Source of the DNA: Raja brachyura | Lineage: Eukaryota | Direction: 5' to 3' | DNA: 64,000 nt | Assembly (NCBI GenBank): GCA_963514005.1 | Contig: OY740804.1 | Coordinates: 5,642,001-5,706,000, forward strand | In this document: positions 37,076 through 47,538 of the stretch, one piece after another | How positions within the stretch are numbered: the stretch's first letter is position 1 | How the letters are laid out: every line of letters starts with the position of its first letter | Program-made: the position numbers and the translations under genes | The notes under the pieces: generated by a model | The model's input: the letters and a program-made list of their open reading frames with translations, nothing else | Told to the model about the DNA's origin: nothing | Databases searched by the model: none

Positions 37076-37144
37076 CAAAATTACTTCTCAACCCTCCACC
37101 CCCCCCCCCCCCCCCCCCCCCCCAACCCCCTATCCTTTCTTCAG

Positions 37145-37465
37145 TTTCAGGCGTGTTGTGGGGAGACGGATTGTTGTCGGCAGCGGTGGGAAAAGCGATC
37201 ACAACCGAGTGTCATTATGATGCAAAATATGGCACAAACACGAAGTACTGGTGCCGAGGGAAGAGACACCAGTGTTCCCTTTTAGTGGAAACAAATGGGC
37301 AACACGGACGGCGGGGAAGAGTGTCAATCACAGATAACCCGGCACAAGCAATATTTACTGTGACTGTGGAGGATCTTCTCTTTGAAGATAATGGATGGTA
37401 CAGCTGTGGGATTACAACACCTGGCGAGGATCAGATTTTCAGCACAGAGCTACGTGTGTATTACG
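37145..37465 (+). CDS. Gene B exon 2: CD300/pIgR-type Ig V domain
   Basis: ttcttcag|TTTCAGGC; TECHY, KYWCRGKRHQC, RVSITDN, DNGWYSCGI; G|gtacgt; 321 nt. Confidence 0.93.
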
Positions 37466-39091
37466 GTACGTTTATCAGCGATAGACATGATGTCCCCACT
37501 GAAATTCATGTTCCACGTTTACTCCGGAAAAGGTCTGGGCACCACCGATATCCCGAGGGTATGCAGCAGTGCAGAGACCTGCGGGGAGCGGGCGGGGGTC
37601 GGGAAACCCCACTCATGTTGCTCTCACCCAGTGCGGGCTCTGTCCCACTGATGCTCAGCAAATTTCCCTGCCTCCGAACTGTATGAAATGTCACCCTGTC
37701 AGAGGTTTGCCTTCGGACTCAAACTAATAATCCGACAGGAACAGATCGGTGAGAAACAAGGGTTGCTCACAATCTAAATATCTGGAGAATCATAAACAGG
37801 GAATCAGTCCACAGAGCTCAGCAGCTTGCGTTCAGTACTCGCGGAGTAGGTCAGTCTGCTCCACGCCCCCACCTCCGGGGGTCAGTCACGCCCTCCCCAC
37901 ACCGCGATCTCTTTCACTCTCTCCCTCTGTCCCGTCAATGCGCCCCCACCCCCAGCAGCCACTGTCCACCCACCGCCCGGCAACAAGCCAGCCTCTCCCT
38001 GATGGGTCACATCACTGGGGACCGTCTCCTAGTTACTGAGACAGATTGTAACCTTAATCTTCTCAGTGAACCTTCCTCGGCGTCATCGCTGCTCACCCGA
38101 TCAGCTCAAGCGCTGCTGTGCAGTGCGAAAACAATACACACGGACAGGTTGATCAATTGGAAATGGATATGAGCCAAATGCGGGCGGGTGGGTCTAGTGT
38201 AGATGGGACATGTTGGTCGGCATGACCAGGCTGGGCCCTAAGGGTTACTTGGTAGTTTGGGCAGCAGGGATGAAGCAGGGATACAGAGATATTTTAAACT
38301 TTGGAGATAAAGCGTGGAAACAAGCCTTTAGAGCCACCGCGCCGCCCAGCGATCTCCGCACATTAGCACTATCCTGCACACACTCGGGACAATTTACGGT
38401 TATACCAAGCCATTAAGCTTGCAACCTGTTCAGCTTTGTAGTGTGGGAGGAAACCGGAGCACCCGCAGCAAACCCGTGCGGTCGCAGCGAGATCGTACAA
38501 ACTCCGTACCGAGAGCACCCGTGGTGAGGATTGAGGATTAAAAGGCTGATGCTCTAGTGACTGAAGTATTCAGACTCTTAATGAGTAGGGTGGATGAGAT
38601 TGTGAGATTCCAACGACGAAAGACATGGACATCCGACAGTGTTTGATTTTTTCAGGTGTAGGGAGGAACTGCGGATGTTGGTTTGCACCGATGATGGACA
38701 CAACACGCTGGAGTAAGTTAGCGGTCAAGCAGCATCTATGGAGAAAAATAATAGGTGACGGTCGGGTCGACTGAGGTTCAGTGGAGAGGGAAACTAGAGA
38801 CATGAAAATGTACAATGCGTGAAAGGTGTGTTGAAAGAACAAATCAAAGCCAGCCAAATGATGATGGAAAGGTGGAGCCCACAATGATCCATTGTCGGTT
38901 GCGGATAAGGTGATAAAAAAGTGGATACAAACAGTGAAACTCAGCAGGACGACAGTGAAACTAATCGGACCGACTAGGGTGGGGGAGGGAGGGAAGAGAT
39001 GAAATGCAAGGGTTTCCTCAACATAGATTGAAATCTATCTTTCAATTTCAGGTATTCACTCCGTGTTTGAATGTTTGCTTATTTCCCACAG

Positions 39092-39415
39092 CATTCGTGT
39101 CTGCCCCAGTCCTTAGATTTGTATCGCCAGCAAATGTCTCCTGTCTCGGAGGCTCAGTGTCAGTGTCCTGCGAGTCCTACTCGGGATCGCCTCCCATAAA
39201 CTACACCTGGTTTGAAAAGGCCCCGTCCACGGATTTAATGATCTCCAACACCAGTGTACTGGACATCCATTGCCAATCCTTGCAATACGACCACCATCAA
39301 TATTACTGCACAGCCGCAAATATTCAAGGGGAAACAACCGGTGAAGTGTTGGACGTGGAGACCATCTCCATGGGAAAAGATAACTGCAGTTATGTGATGC
39401 GAATCAGTAACTCTG
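39092..39415 (+). CDS. Gene B exon 3: Ig C2-type domain with extra cysteines
   Basis: cccacag acceptor; VSAPVL, NVSC, VSCESYSGSPPINYTW, IHC, YYCTAAN, NCSYV; G|gtaagt; 324 nt. Confidence 0.9.
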
Positions 39416-39595
39416 GTAAGTGGTGGAGGGCAATTGGGAAAGTGCCGCATCAAAGGCCGATGCACACGTTAAGCATGTCCGTGACATTGAAGTTACGGGG
39501 TGAAGGAAGGAACTGCAGATACTGGTTTACACTGATAATAGACACAATATGCTGGAATAACTCAGCGGGTCAGGCAAGAAATCTCTGGAGAAAAG

Positions 39596-39623
39596 GACGT
39601 TTCAAGTCGAGACCCTTCTTCAG
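39596..39623 (-). ncRNA. Minimal hammerhead ribozyme core (Penelope pLTR type)
   Basis: Reverse complement CTGAAGA-A-GGGTC-TC-GACTT-GAAA-CGTC; stem II closes with G-U pairs. Confidence 0.55.
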
Positions 39624-42600
39624 ACTGGGAAGCAGTTTATTTCAATACAACCGTTTGTTTTGACCAGTACTGTCGGAGGTTGTATTTGGTGCAATATAGT
39701 TTGATTTGTTAATTAGGAAAGGCAGTTGGCAGCACTGCTTTTCGTTTACCTCGGTACACGTAACAAGAAACCAAACAAAACTAAGCATCAAAGGTTACAT
39801 GGAGAGGGCAGGAGAATGGTGTTAGGGAAAAATAATCTGTCATGGTCGAACGGCGACGTAGATGCGATCGATTGAATGGTCTAAATCTACGCCTGTGTGT
39901 TATGGTCTTATCTCGCCGTGTATTCAACGCTTTGCTATGTCCATGGCTCCAATGGGTGCTGGTTCTTCAGAAATGGGCCTCCCAATGTTGACAAAGACCA
40001 GTCGCCTGGCTGGACTATCCTCTGAAATTGGACTTGGTGTCCAGCCAAGCTGAGCCCTTTAAACGCCCCGCATAGCAAACCTGATCCTCGGAGATGGGAA
40101 ATAACTAGGAATTATCAGTACATGTGATCCACATGTGTGTTGGCGGTGTCTTTCATCAGTTGCAAAAGATATGGAACAGCTTCGTCCCAACAGCCATCAG
40201 GCTATTTTACTTCGGAGTCACGTGAGTGACTGGTTGGAGCAGCAGAGCTCCTCCAAGCGGTAAGTTTAAAACACAAGGTAGGTTTCAAACTTTTCTTGCG
40301 TTTACTTTCTGTTTTAGCGGTAGGGTGTAGACCGTTAAAATGTTACAGAGGGTGAAGAAGTTGTCGGGGAAGCGATCCGCAGGGAAAAGGTTCGAGGACC
40401 GCGATAGTATTGTTAGCGGATGCCCGCCTAGGTCACCAAGTCCGACACCTGCAATGGAGCTAGCGACACCGGACCCGCTGCCTGTGAGCGGCGTATCCAT
40501 GCCGGAAGGGCGTGGGGCTACTGCAAAATCAAATAGGCCCGTGGACACAGATTCGGGCCTGGAGGTTTTACCCTCACAAGTAGAGGCCGTTTGCTGACGG
40601 CTCTCCCAGGTCGAGGTCTTATTACAAAAGATGCTCGACAGGGACGCAATCCGTGAGGAGGAGTGGTGCCACGCCAGGCTAGTGGAGAGCCTGTGATAGC
40701 AGCGCCTATAATAGGGCTGCAAGAATACCTAACTTTTGAGGAGGAGGGTATACCGGTGCAGCAGTTTACAGTGGCTGGGGAGAGCATCAAGGGAGTGGAA
40801 CGTGAAGTTATTCCGAATATAGCGGATACATTTGCAGTCCCGAGAGAGGCAGGAGAGCCGTTAGAGGAAGAATTGGCATCAGCCATCCAATATATGCTCT
40901 CTCTTCAGCTGCAAGAACTGGCCATGGATGAGGCGGCTGAAAAGTATGAAGCCCCTATCAATTGCGGTTTACTAAAAGTACCAATGGTAAACCATCTCAT
41001 ATGGACACAGTTGAGGGTGTCAGCAAGATCCCAAGAACTAAAATTTCAAAAAGTATTGAAATTACTTTCAGCAGGGTTTACGACATTTGCTATTACGGTA
41101 GACAATGGGCATATGTCGGAAGCTCACCAAGATGCACTGGGACATCTGTGTAGTGCCTATATTGAAATTAACAATACAAGAAGAAGTGCTATTCGGCCAA
41201 TTATAAATCCTAATCTGGCATAATTGTGTAAGGCGCCCACCGTACAACCGCCTAATCTTTTGTTTGGCGGGGATCTCACCAAGCGAGTTAAAGATGTCCA
41301 GGAGGACGCTAGAATTATAGGCCTCATCAAGCCGGGTCGCAGGGAAAATGGATTTTCCTTACCGGCGGGGTACCATTACGGACGCCGGGGAAGGGACCAG
41401 CCACTCAGCTTCGCAATCTCGGAGCTGGCAGCCTGCCACAGGCGTGAGGGAAAGGATGACTTTCCCTACAAAGGGCCAGGGACAACAAGGGCAGCCAGGA
41501 CGTATGCAGGTGAGACATTTTCCTCCTAAAGAATATAAATCAAGTGAAATGGATGTTCAAATTGGGGGCAGATTGCACTTGTTTCTCAAACAATGGCAGG
41601 AGATACCATCAGATTAATTTATACTGAGCAGTATAGAGGGGGTTAAAATTGAATTTTACTCTACTGTGTGTCCATCTAATCAGCGTGTTCCAAGTCAGAG
41701 ACTTATATTTTCACAAGAAGAGAATGTGCACATACAAGCGGAACTTAACACATTATACAAAAAAGGGGTTATTTAGAAGTCAGTTCATCAAAACCGTCAG
41801 TTTGTGTCAAGTATTTTTCCTAGGTCTAAAAAGACTGGGGGATGTAGAGTCATTCTGGACCTGACGTGCTTGAACTCCTTTGTTTGCTATAGGCATTTCA
41901 AAATGGAAACATTTTCGACGGCTAAACATCTGGTTTACAAAGGGTGTTATATGGCCAGTATTGATTTAAAGGATGCATATTACTCAGTGTCTATCAATTG
42001 TGATGATAGGAGGTATTTAAAATTTACCTGGACGAGTCAGTTGTGGCAATTCAATGCATTGCCTAATGGGTTAACTTCAGATCCTAGATTATTTGCCAAA
42101 TTTTTAAACCTGTTCTCGGATTACTCCGGACTCAGGGGCATGTTGTAATGGCCTATTTGACGATATTTTAATTGTCGGGAAAACTCGGGCTGCAGCTAAA
42201 TCATCTGTTTCAATTGTTAAACTCACGTTTGAACAATCAGGGTTCATAATTCATCCAGATAAATCCAATTTATCACCAGTTCAAATCATTGATTATTTGG
42301 GCTTTACCGTTAATTCGAATCACATGTTAGTGATTTTGCCCAGGGACAAATGGCAGCAGTTAATTGAGGATTGTGTTAATATCCTTAGTGAGCCACGACC
42401 TTCAATTAGACAAGTAGCCAGTTTAATTTGTAAATTGGTGGCTGCTTTACCAGCTGTGCAGTTTGGACCTCTGAATTATCAACGATTACAACGAGCAAAA
42501 GAACAGGCACTGAGGACACATGAGGGTCATTTTGATAGGCCTATGCAATTGTCAGCTGTGGCAATTTCAGACATTCCATAATATTACAGACGGACGTCAG

Positions 42601-42625
42601 TGCGCTGGGTTGGGGTGCTACATAT

Positions 42626-43378
42626 ATGTCTTCCAATTGTGGAGGCAGATGGAATACTGATGAGACATCCCTTCTTCAATTAAGAGGGATCAATTATTTA
42701 GAGCTTTTGGGCACCTGGTATGGGCTTAAAGCTTATTGCTCTGCCAGGAGTGACTTGCATGTGCAGGTTCAGATTGACAACACTACAGCAGTGGCATATG
42801 TAAACCACATGGGTGGAGTCAAGTCACAGTCTTGTGATAGGCTGGTTAATCAGATCTGGGGCTGGTGCATTGACCAAAACATCTGGCTTTCAGCAATATA
42901 TTTACCAGGTAGATTAAACACAGTAGCTGACATTAGGTCACGCCAATTCAATGATAACATAGAATGGATGTTAAATCACGACATATTTAATCAAGTGGTT
43001 GCTCAGTATGGAATGACAGATGTTGACTTGTTTGCATCTAGACTAAACCATCAGTTGCCCAGATATGTTTCATGGGAACCAGATCCTGGTGCAGCAGCGG
43101 TGGATGCATTCTCACTGCATTGGGGTGGAATGTTTGTACATGCATTTCTTCCATTCTGCCTCATCAGTCGATGCTTGCAAAAAATCAAGTGGGACTCCGC
43201 TTCAGGAGTAATGGTAGTGCCGGATTGGCCTACACAACCATGGTTCCCTCTTGTATTGCAAATGGCTAGTCAGCCTCACATGATTATTCCCAAACATAAA
43301 AATCTACTGGTAAATCCAGTAACTGGCTATCAACACCCTTTACATGATCGTATTGATCTGTTAATTTGCAGATTTTAA
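42626..43378 (+). pseudogene. DIRS RNaseH / DAM-like methyltransferase region
   Basis: INYLEL, DNTTAV.Y.N..GG, YLPG.LN..AD..SR, DLFASRLN, AVDAF..W, PDWPTQPWFP. Confidence 0.85.
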
Positions 43379-44323
43379 GGAGGCCATACCTGGGGAGAGG
43401 ACTGTCTGATCGTACCGTGGATGTTCTCACGTCGGCCTGCAGGGATAGTACTCAGAAGCAGTACATCACCTTGATAAGGAAGTGGGAGGTATTCTGTCTA
43501 CAGCAGAATATCTCATATCAAACTGCAGGCATCCCAGACGTACTGGAGTTTTTGTCCACTCTTTACTTTGATCCAAAATTAAACTACAGTGCGATTAATA
43601 CAGCCAGAAGTGCTCTGCCTTCTTATTTACACATGAGTTCAGAGTTACATTCGGTAGGGACACATCCATTAGTTTCTCGATTTATGAAGGGAGTTTTCAA
43701 TTCAAATCCTACTAAACCCAGGTATTCGGCTATTTGGAATGTGAGCGAAGTTCTTATGCTTCTTCGCCTGTGGACTCCTGTTGCAAGCCTATCTCTAGCC
43801 AAACTAACCATGAAGGTGCAAAACATTGCAAAAGCTACGGCTAGACAGAAAGCAGGTATCGGCAAATGCCATTACTTTTTATGTCTATGATCTGCTTAAA
43901 CATAGTAGAATAGGCATGACAGGATGTAAGATTGTTTTTTCAGCATACCCCACAGATGCTCACCTGTGTGTAGTGTCACATTTGTCTCATTACATTGAAG
44001 CTACCAGAGTCCTACGAGGAACAGAGTCATCATTATTTATTAGCCACAAAATACCACACAGTAAGGTGTCGGTGCAAACAATTTCAAGGTGGCTAAAGCA
44101 GGTTCTGGGAAGTGCTGGGATTGATACTGATAAATTCAAATCTCATTCCACCAGGGCAGCATCAACTTCTGGGACAAGGGCAATGGATGTGCCTATAGAC
44201 CATATCCTCGCGGCCGCAGCATGGTCCAGTGAGCTGACCTTTCAAAATTTTTATCATAAGCCGATTACAAGGCTGGGGGTGTTTGCTGATTCTGTTTTGA
44301 GTTCTGTTATGGTTTCCCCCTGA
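43366..44323 (+). pseudogene. DIRS tyrosine recombinase (frameshifted, internally deleted)
   Basis: YSAINTARSAL, HPLVSRFMKG, TISRWLK..L..AGID, HSTRAAS, W.S..TF..FY.K. Confidence 0.85.
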
Positions 44324-45002
44324 GATAGAGTGGTTATTATTTTTTCTTTTGTAAATAACCCGTTAAATTTTGAAAGGTCAGCTCACTGGACCATGCTGCG
44401 GCCGCGAGGATATGGTCTATAGGCACATCCATTTGATAATGTTATGATTGATGCATTATTGATTATTTAACGACTTGACTCAATCAATGCAGTGTGAACG
44501 CCGGATTTGGGTCTGTGGCATGAAATCACAGAGCTTTGAAATCTTCACGTAGTCACTCACTTGGCTCCGAATTAAAATAGTAAGATTAAACGAAAACGTA
44601 TAGTTTGAAGTTTGATCTTTATTATATGAGGAGTTACTACGAGGGGTTACGTGCCCTCCCTCCCAACCCTCGTGAATATCATCTGGTAGTTCTAGTCTCT
44701 ATTATCTTACTATTATACTTCAGTCATTATTACCTGTAATTTCACTCCGCTGCTTTGAAGATTGACACACCAACGGCTGGACGGGGTTCTTCACGTAATC
44801 CCTCATCGTAACTCCTCATAAAATACAGATCAAACTTCAAACTGGTAAGTTCTCGTTTAATCTTGCTATGAAACTCTACATCCGCCATTAAGCTCTGAAC
44901 TACGCAGACTATTATGGTTATTAATGCACTATTTTGTTTGTTTTTGTTTATGTGTGCGTTTTTGCGCGTTTGTTTGCGTGTGTGCATATATATCTATGTT
45001 TG

Positions 45003-45036
<34 letters not shown>

Positions 45037-45147
45037 GTTTAAGAAAGATCTATAGATGCTGGTAAAATCGAAAGTAGACACAAATACTGGAGAAACTCAG
45101 CGGGTGAGGCAGCATCTATGGAGAGAAGGTATTCTCTCCATAGATGC

Positions 45148-45173
45148 TATATATATATATGAGTGTGTGTAGG

Positions 45174-45257
<84 letters not shown>
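45148..45257. repeat. Compound (TA)n/(TG)n microsatellite
   Basis: Direct inspection; a further (TA)n run lies at 45003-45030. Confidence 0.95.
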
Positions 45258-45258
<1 letters not shown>

Positions 45259-45534
45259 ACGAGTGAGTATGTGTATATCTGCACACACTGAACGTTTTTA
45301 CTTGTTTGTTATATTGCTTACAGTGTACTATGTTTACATATTCTGTTGTGCTGCTTCTTAAGAAGTTCATTGTCCTATCTGGGACATATGACAATAAAAC
45401 AGTCTTGATTCTCTCGATGTCATATTGAGAACCAACACCATCTCCATGCAAGAGCCCCTGTCAGACAACTGTGCTCTCCTGCTGGACTACCAATGAAAAA
45501 TGGGAAACTGAATTTAATTTTCTCCTCTCGGCAG

Positions 45535-45652
45535 AGTATAAATATTATTGTGGGCGTCCGACCACGGAATCAGCATCCACACAATCTGTCAACACAGAAA
45601 CTACATCCGGCATTCCCCCAGAGGAAACTATTCAACCCCGTTCTACTGAAAG
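45535..45652 (+). CDS. Gene B exon 4: Cys-containing Ser/Thr/Pro-rich stalk (EYKYYCGRPTTESASTQSVNTETTSGIPPEETIQPRSTE)
   Basis: ctgaatttaattt...cggcag acceptor context shared with gene A; GAAAG|gtacaa donor; phase 1-2. Confidence 0.82.
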
Positions 45653-46289
45653 GTACAATATTCTCGCTATTGGTTTGCACATTGACACTATTTTCATGTG
45701 AGTGGAGATTGAGGTCAAATTCCCTCATTTATTCGCAAACACTAAAAGCATGTGGATAAAATGATTTTTAATCATACTGACTATTGGGAATTGAATATAC
45801 ATAATTCTCACTTGTAAGGTACGTTTCCCACACTAACATGTTTAATGACATGGGCATAGAAGTGGAAGGTTATGTATTACTTTAGAACGTAGCTCGTGAA
45901 AGTGAACATGTTGGCTCAGAGATTAGGATCTCCTATCAAAGATGCTGCCTGCCGGATATGAAATTTCAAACCCGCTGAATTTCGCCAGCATTCCGTGTCT
46001 TTCTTGTGTAACCGATTATCTTTAGTTCCTTCGATCTCCGTAATATTTACAAAGTTGGAGGGGATAATCCCTGATGGATTTGGATAATATTTACCATTGA
46101 AGCATCACCAGCGTCATGGGTCATTTTCACACTGTTTGCGGGACTTCTTTTTAAAATAGATGTTCACTGTACCTCAGTACACGTGACAAAAATATACTAA
46201 AGCAAAGTAAACTGCCCCTCATTTACCGCATTCACACATTCTTAGGTCGTGAAGTGGACCTGCTAAATGCTAGCCACTTTTTCTTTCAG

Positions 46290-46414
46290 GGATGAACCAG
46301 GACTGACTTCCTATACTCGGTACCACAGATCCACCTACATTATTGGGATGGCTGTCGTTCTTCCGTTGGCGTTTGTTGCTAGTCTATTTTGGTACCTGAA
46401 ACGTAAAAACAGGG
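46290..46414 (+). CDS. Gene B exon 5: neutral transmembrane exon (...YIIGMAVVLPLAFVASLFWYLKRKNR)
   Basis: ttctttcag acceptor, phase 2 compatible; hydrophobic helix followed by a basic stop-transfer KRKNR; G|gtatgt donor. Confidence 0.85.
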
Positions 46415-46909
46415 GTATGTTTTTGTTTTTCTTTCATAGTTTGATGATTACGTGAGTATTTGCAACATTGTGTATTTTTTTTTAAGTTATAATGAATAGA
46501 GCCGCACATTAAGCATAGTATGACGAGAGCCGCAAGTGGACTCATCATACTATAGAAGCAAGGATGCTTTTACGAGTTAACAACCATTTTAAACAACTTT
46601 TTAGTATTGAAGTGTGGAACCATGCCCTGCAGCCGAAATCAGCCCACGACGACCATCGATACCAATCGGTCCACGCTGACCATCGATCAGCTGTTCCCAC
46701 TATTTCTATGCTATTCCACCTTCTCTCCCACATCCTACACAATTTCCCCACTTCCTCACAATTCGACAAAGCAGATTTTTGATCAGTGTGTGGAATCAAG
46801 CTGCAGCAGGGGGTCTGGTGATTAGACAAGTCTGAATGCGACTCATGGGTATTTACTGTTCTTGACATGGTCCTTTCAACTGTTGTATTCTCAATATTAT
46901 ATTTTCCAG

Positions 46910-46956
46910 AATTCAAGTGGAGCACATATTACAGAGATGGCAGTGGAGACAACCAG
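46910..46956 (+). CDS. Gene B exon 6: cytoplasmic (EFKWSTYYRDGSGDNQ)
   Basis: ttttccag acceptor, CAG|gtaaag donor, open in phase 1-0. Confidence 0.65.
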
Positions 46957-47502
46957 GTAAAGGTGTAACTTGTTAATTCTTCAAATGTTTGAATATATTC
47001 GTAAGTTCAAAAATTTTAGGAGCAGGATTTGGCCGTTCATCCCATCTAGTCTACTCCGTTATTCAATCACGGCTGATCGATCTTACCCTCTTAACCCCAT
47101 TCTCCTCCATTCGCCCCATAACCCCTGACACCTGTACTAATCAAGCATCGATCAACCTCTACCTTAAACATATCCATTGACTTAATCTCCACAGACTTGT
47201 GTGGCAATGAATTCCAGATATCGACATGATTTGTTTGCAAGGTATTATACTAGCTCCATCACCACTCGTTGCACTCTAGATTGAATCATCTACGCACATC
47301 GACTCCCATCTTACTTCTTTGAACCCCATCAGCAAATTGTATACTGCACAAGTTAATGTGTATGAATTACTTGCATTCAAAGTAATTATCAGTGAAGAAT
47401 CGATCCATTGTTCTGTTTGGTAATTGTTGCGTTAGAGTTTCTTTCCGAGAAGTAGATTTGTCCTTTCGCATTCATCATAAATAATTTGTATCTTTCTTTT
47501 AG

Positions 47503-47538
47503 GAAATTGTAGTTCTGGAAGAGATTGACGATATTTGA
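47503..47538 (+). CDS. Gene B exon 7: terminal EIVVLEEIDDI*, with an out-of-frame ITIM (IFYATV) at 47592-47609
   Basis: tctttcttttag acceptor, phase 0; weak similarity (GAA start, ggaagag, tatgcaaca) to the inverted ITIM exon at 56663. Confidence 0.55.
   Translation, partial: EIVVLEEIDDI

Larger units (their letters stand above)
40203..44868 (+). mobile_element. DIRS1-like tyrosine-recombinase retrotransposon (degraded) in gene B intron 3
   Basis: Gag-like ORF pieces; RT (KKTGGCRVILDL, SIDLKDAYYSV, LPNGL); RNaseH (DNTTAVAYVNHMGG); methyltransferase-like (DLFASRLNHQLPRY); YR (HSTRAAS). Region 44551-44653 is complementary to the left end (40203-40231) and to the right end (44792-44868). Confidence 0.93.
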
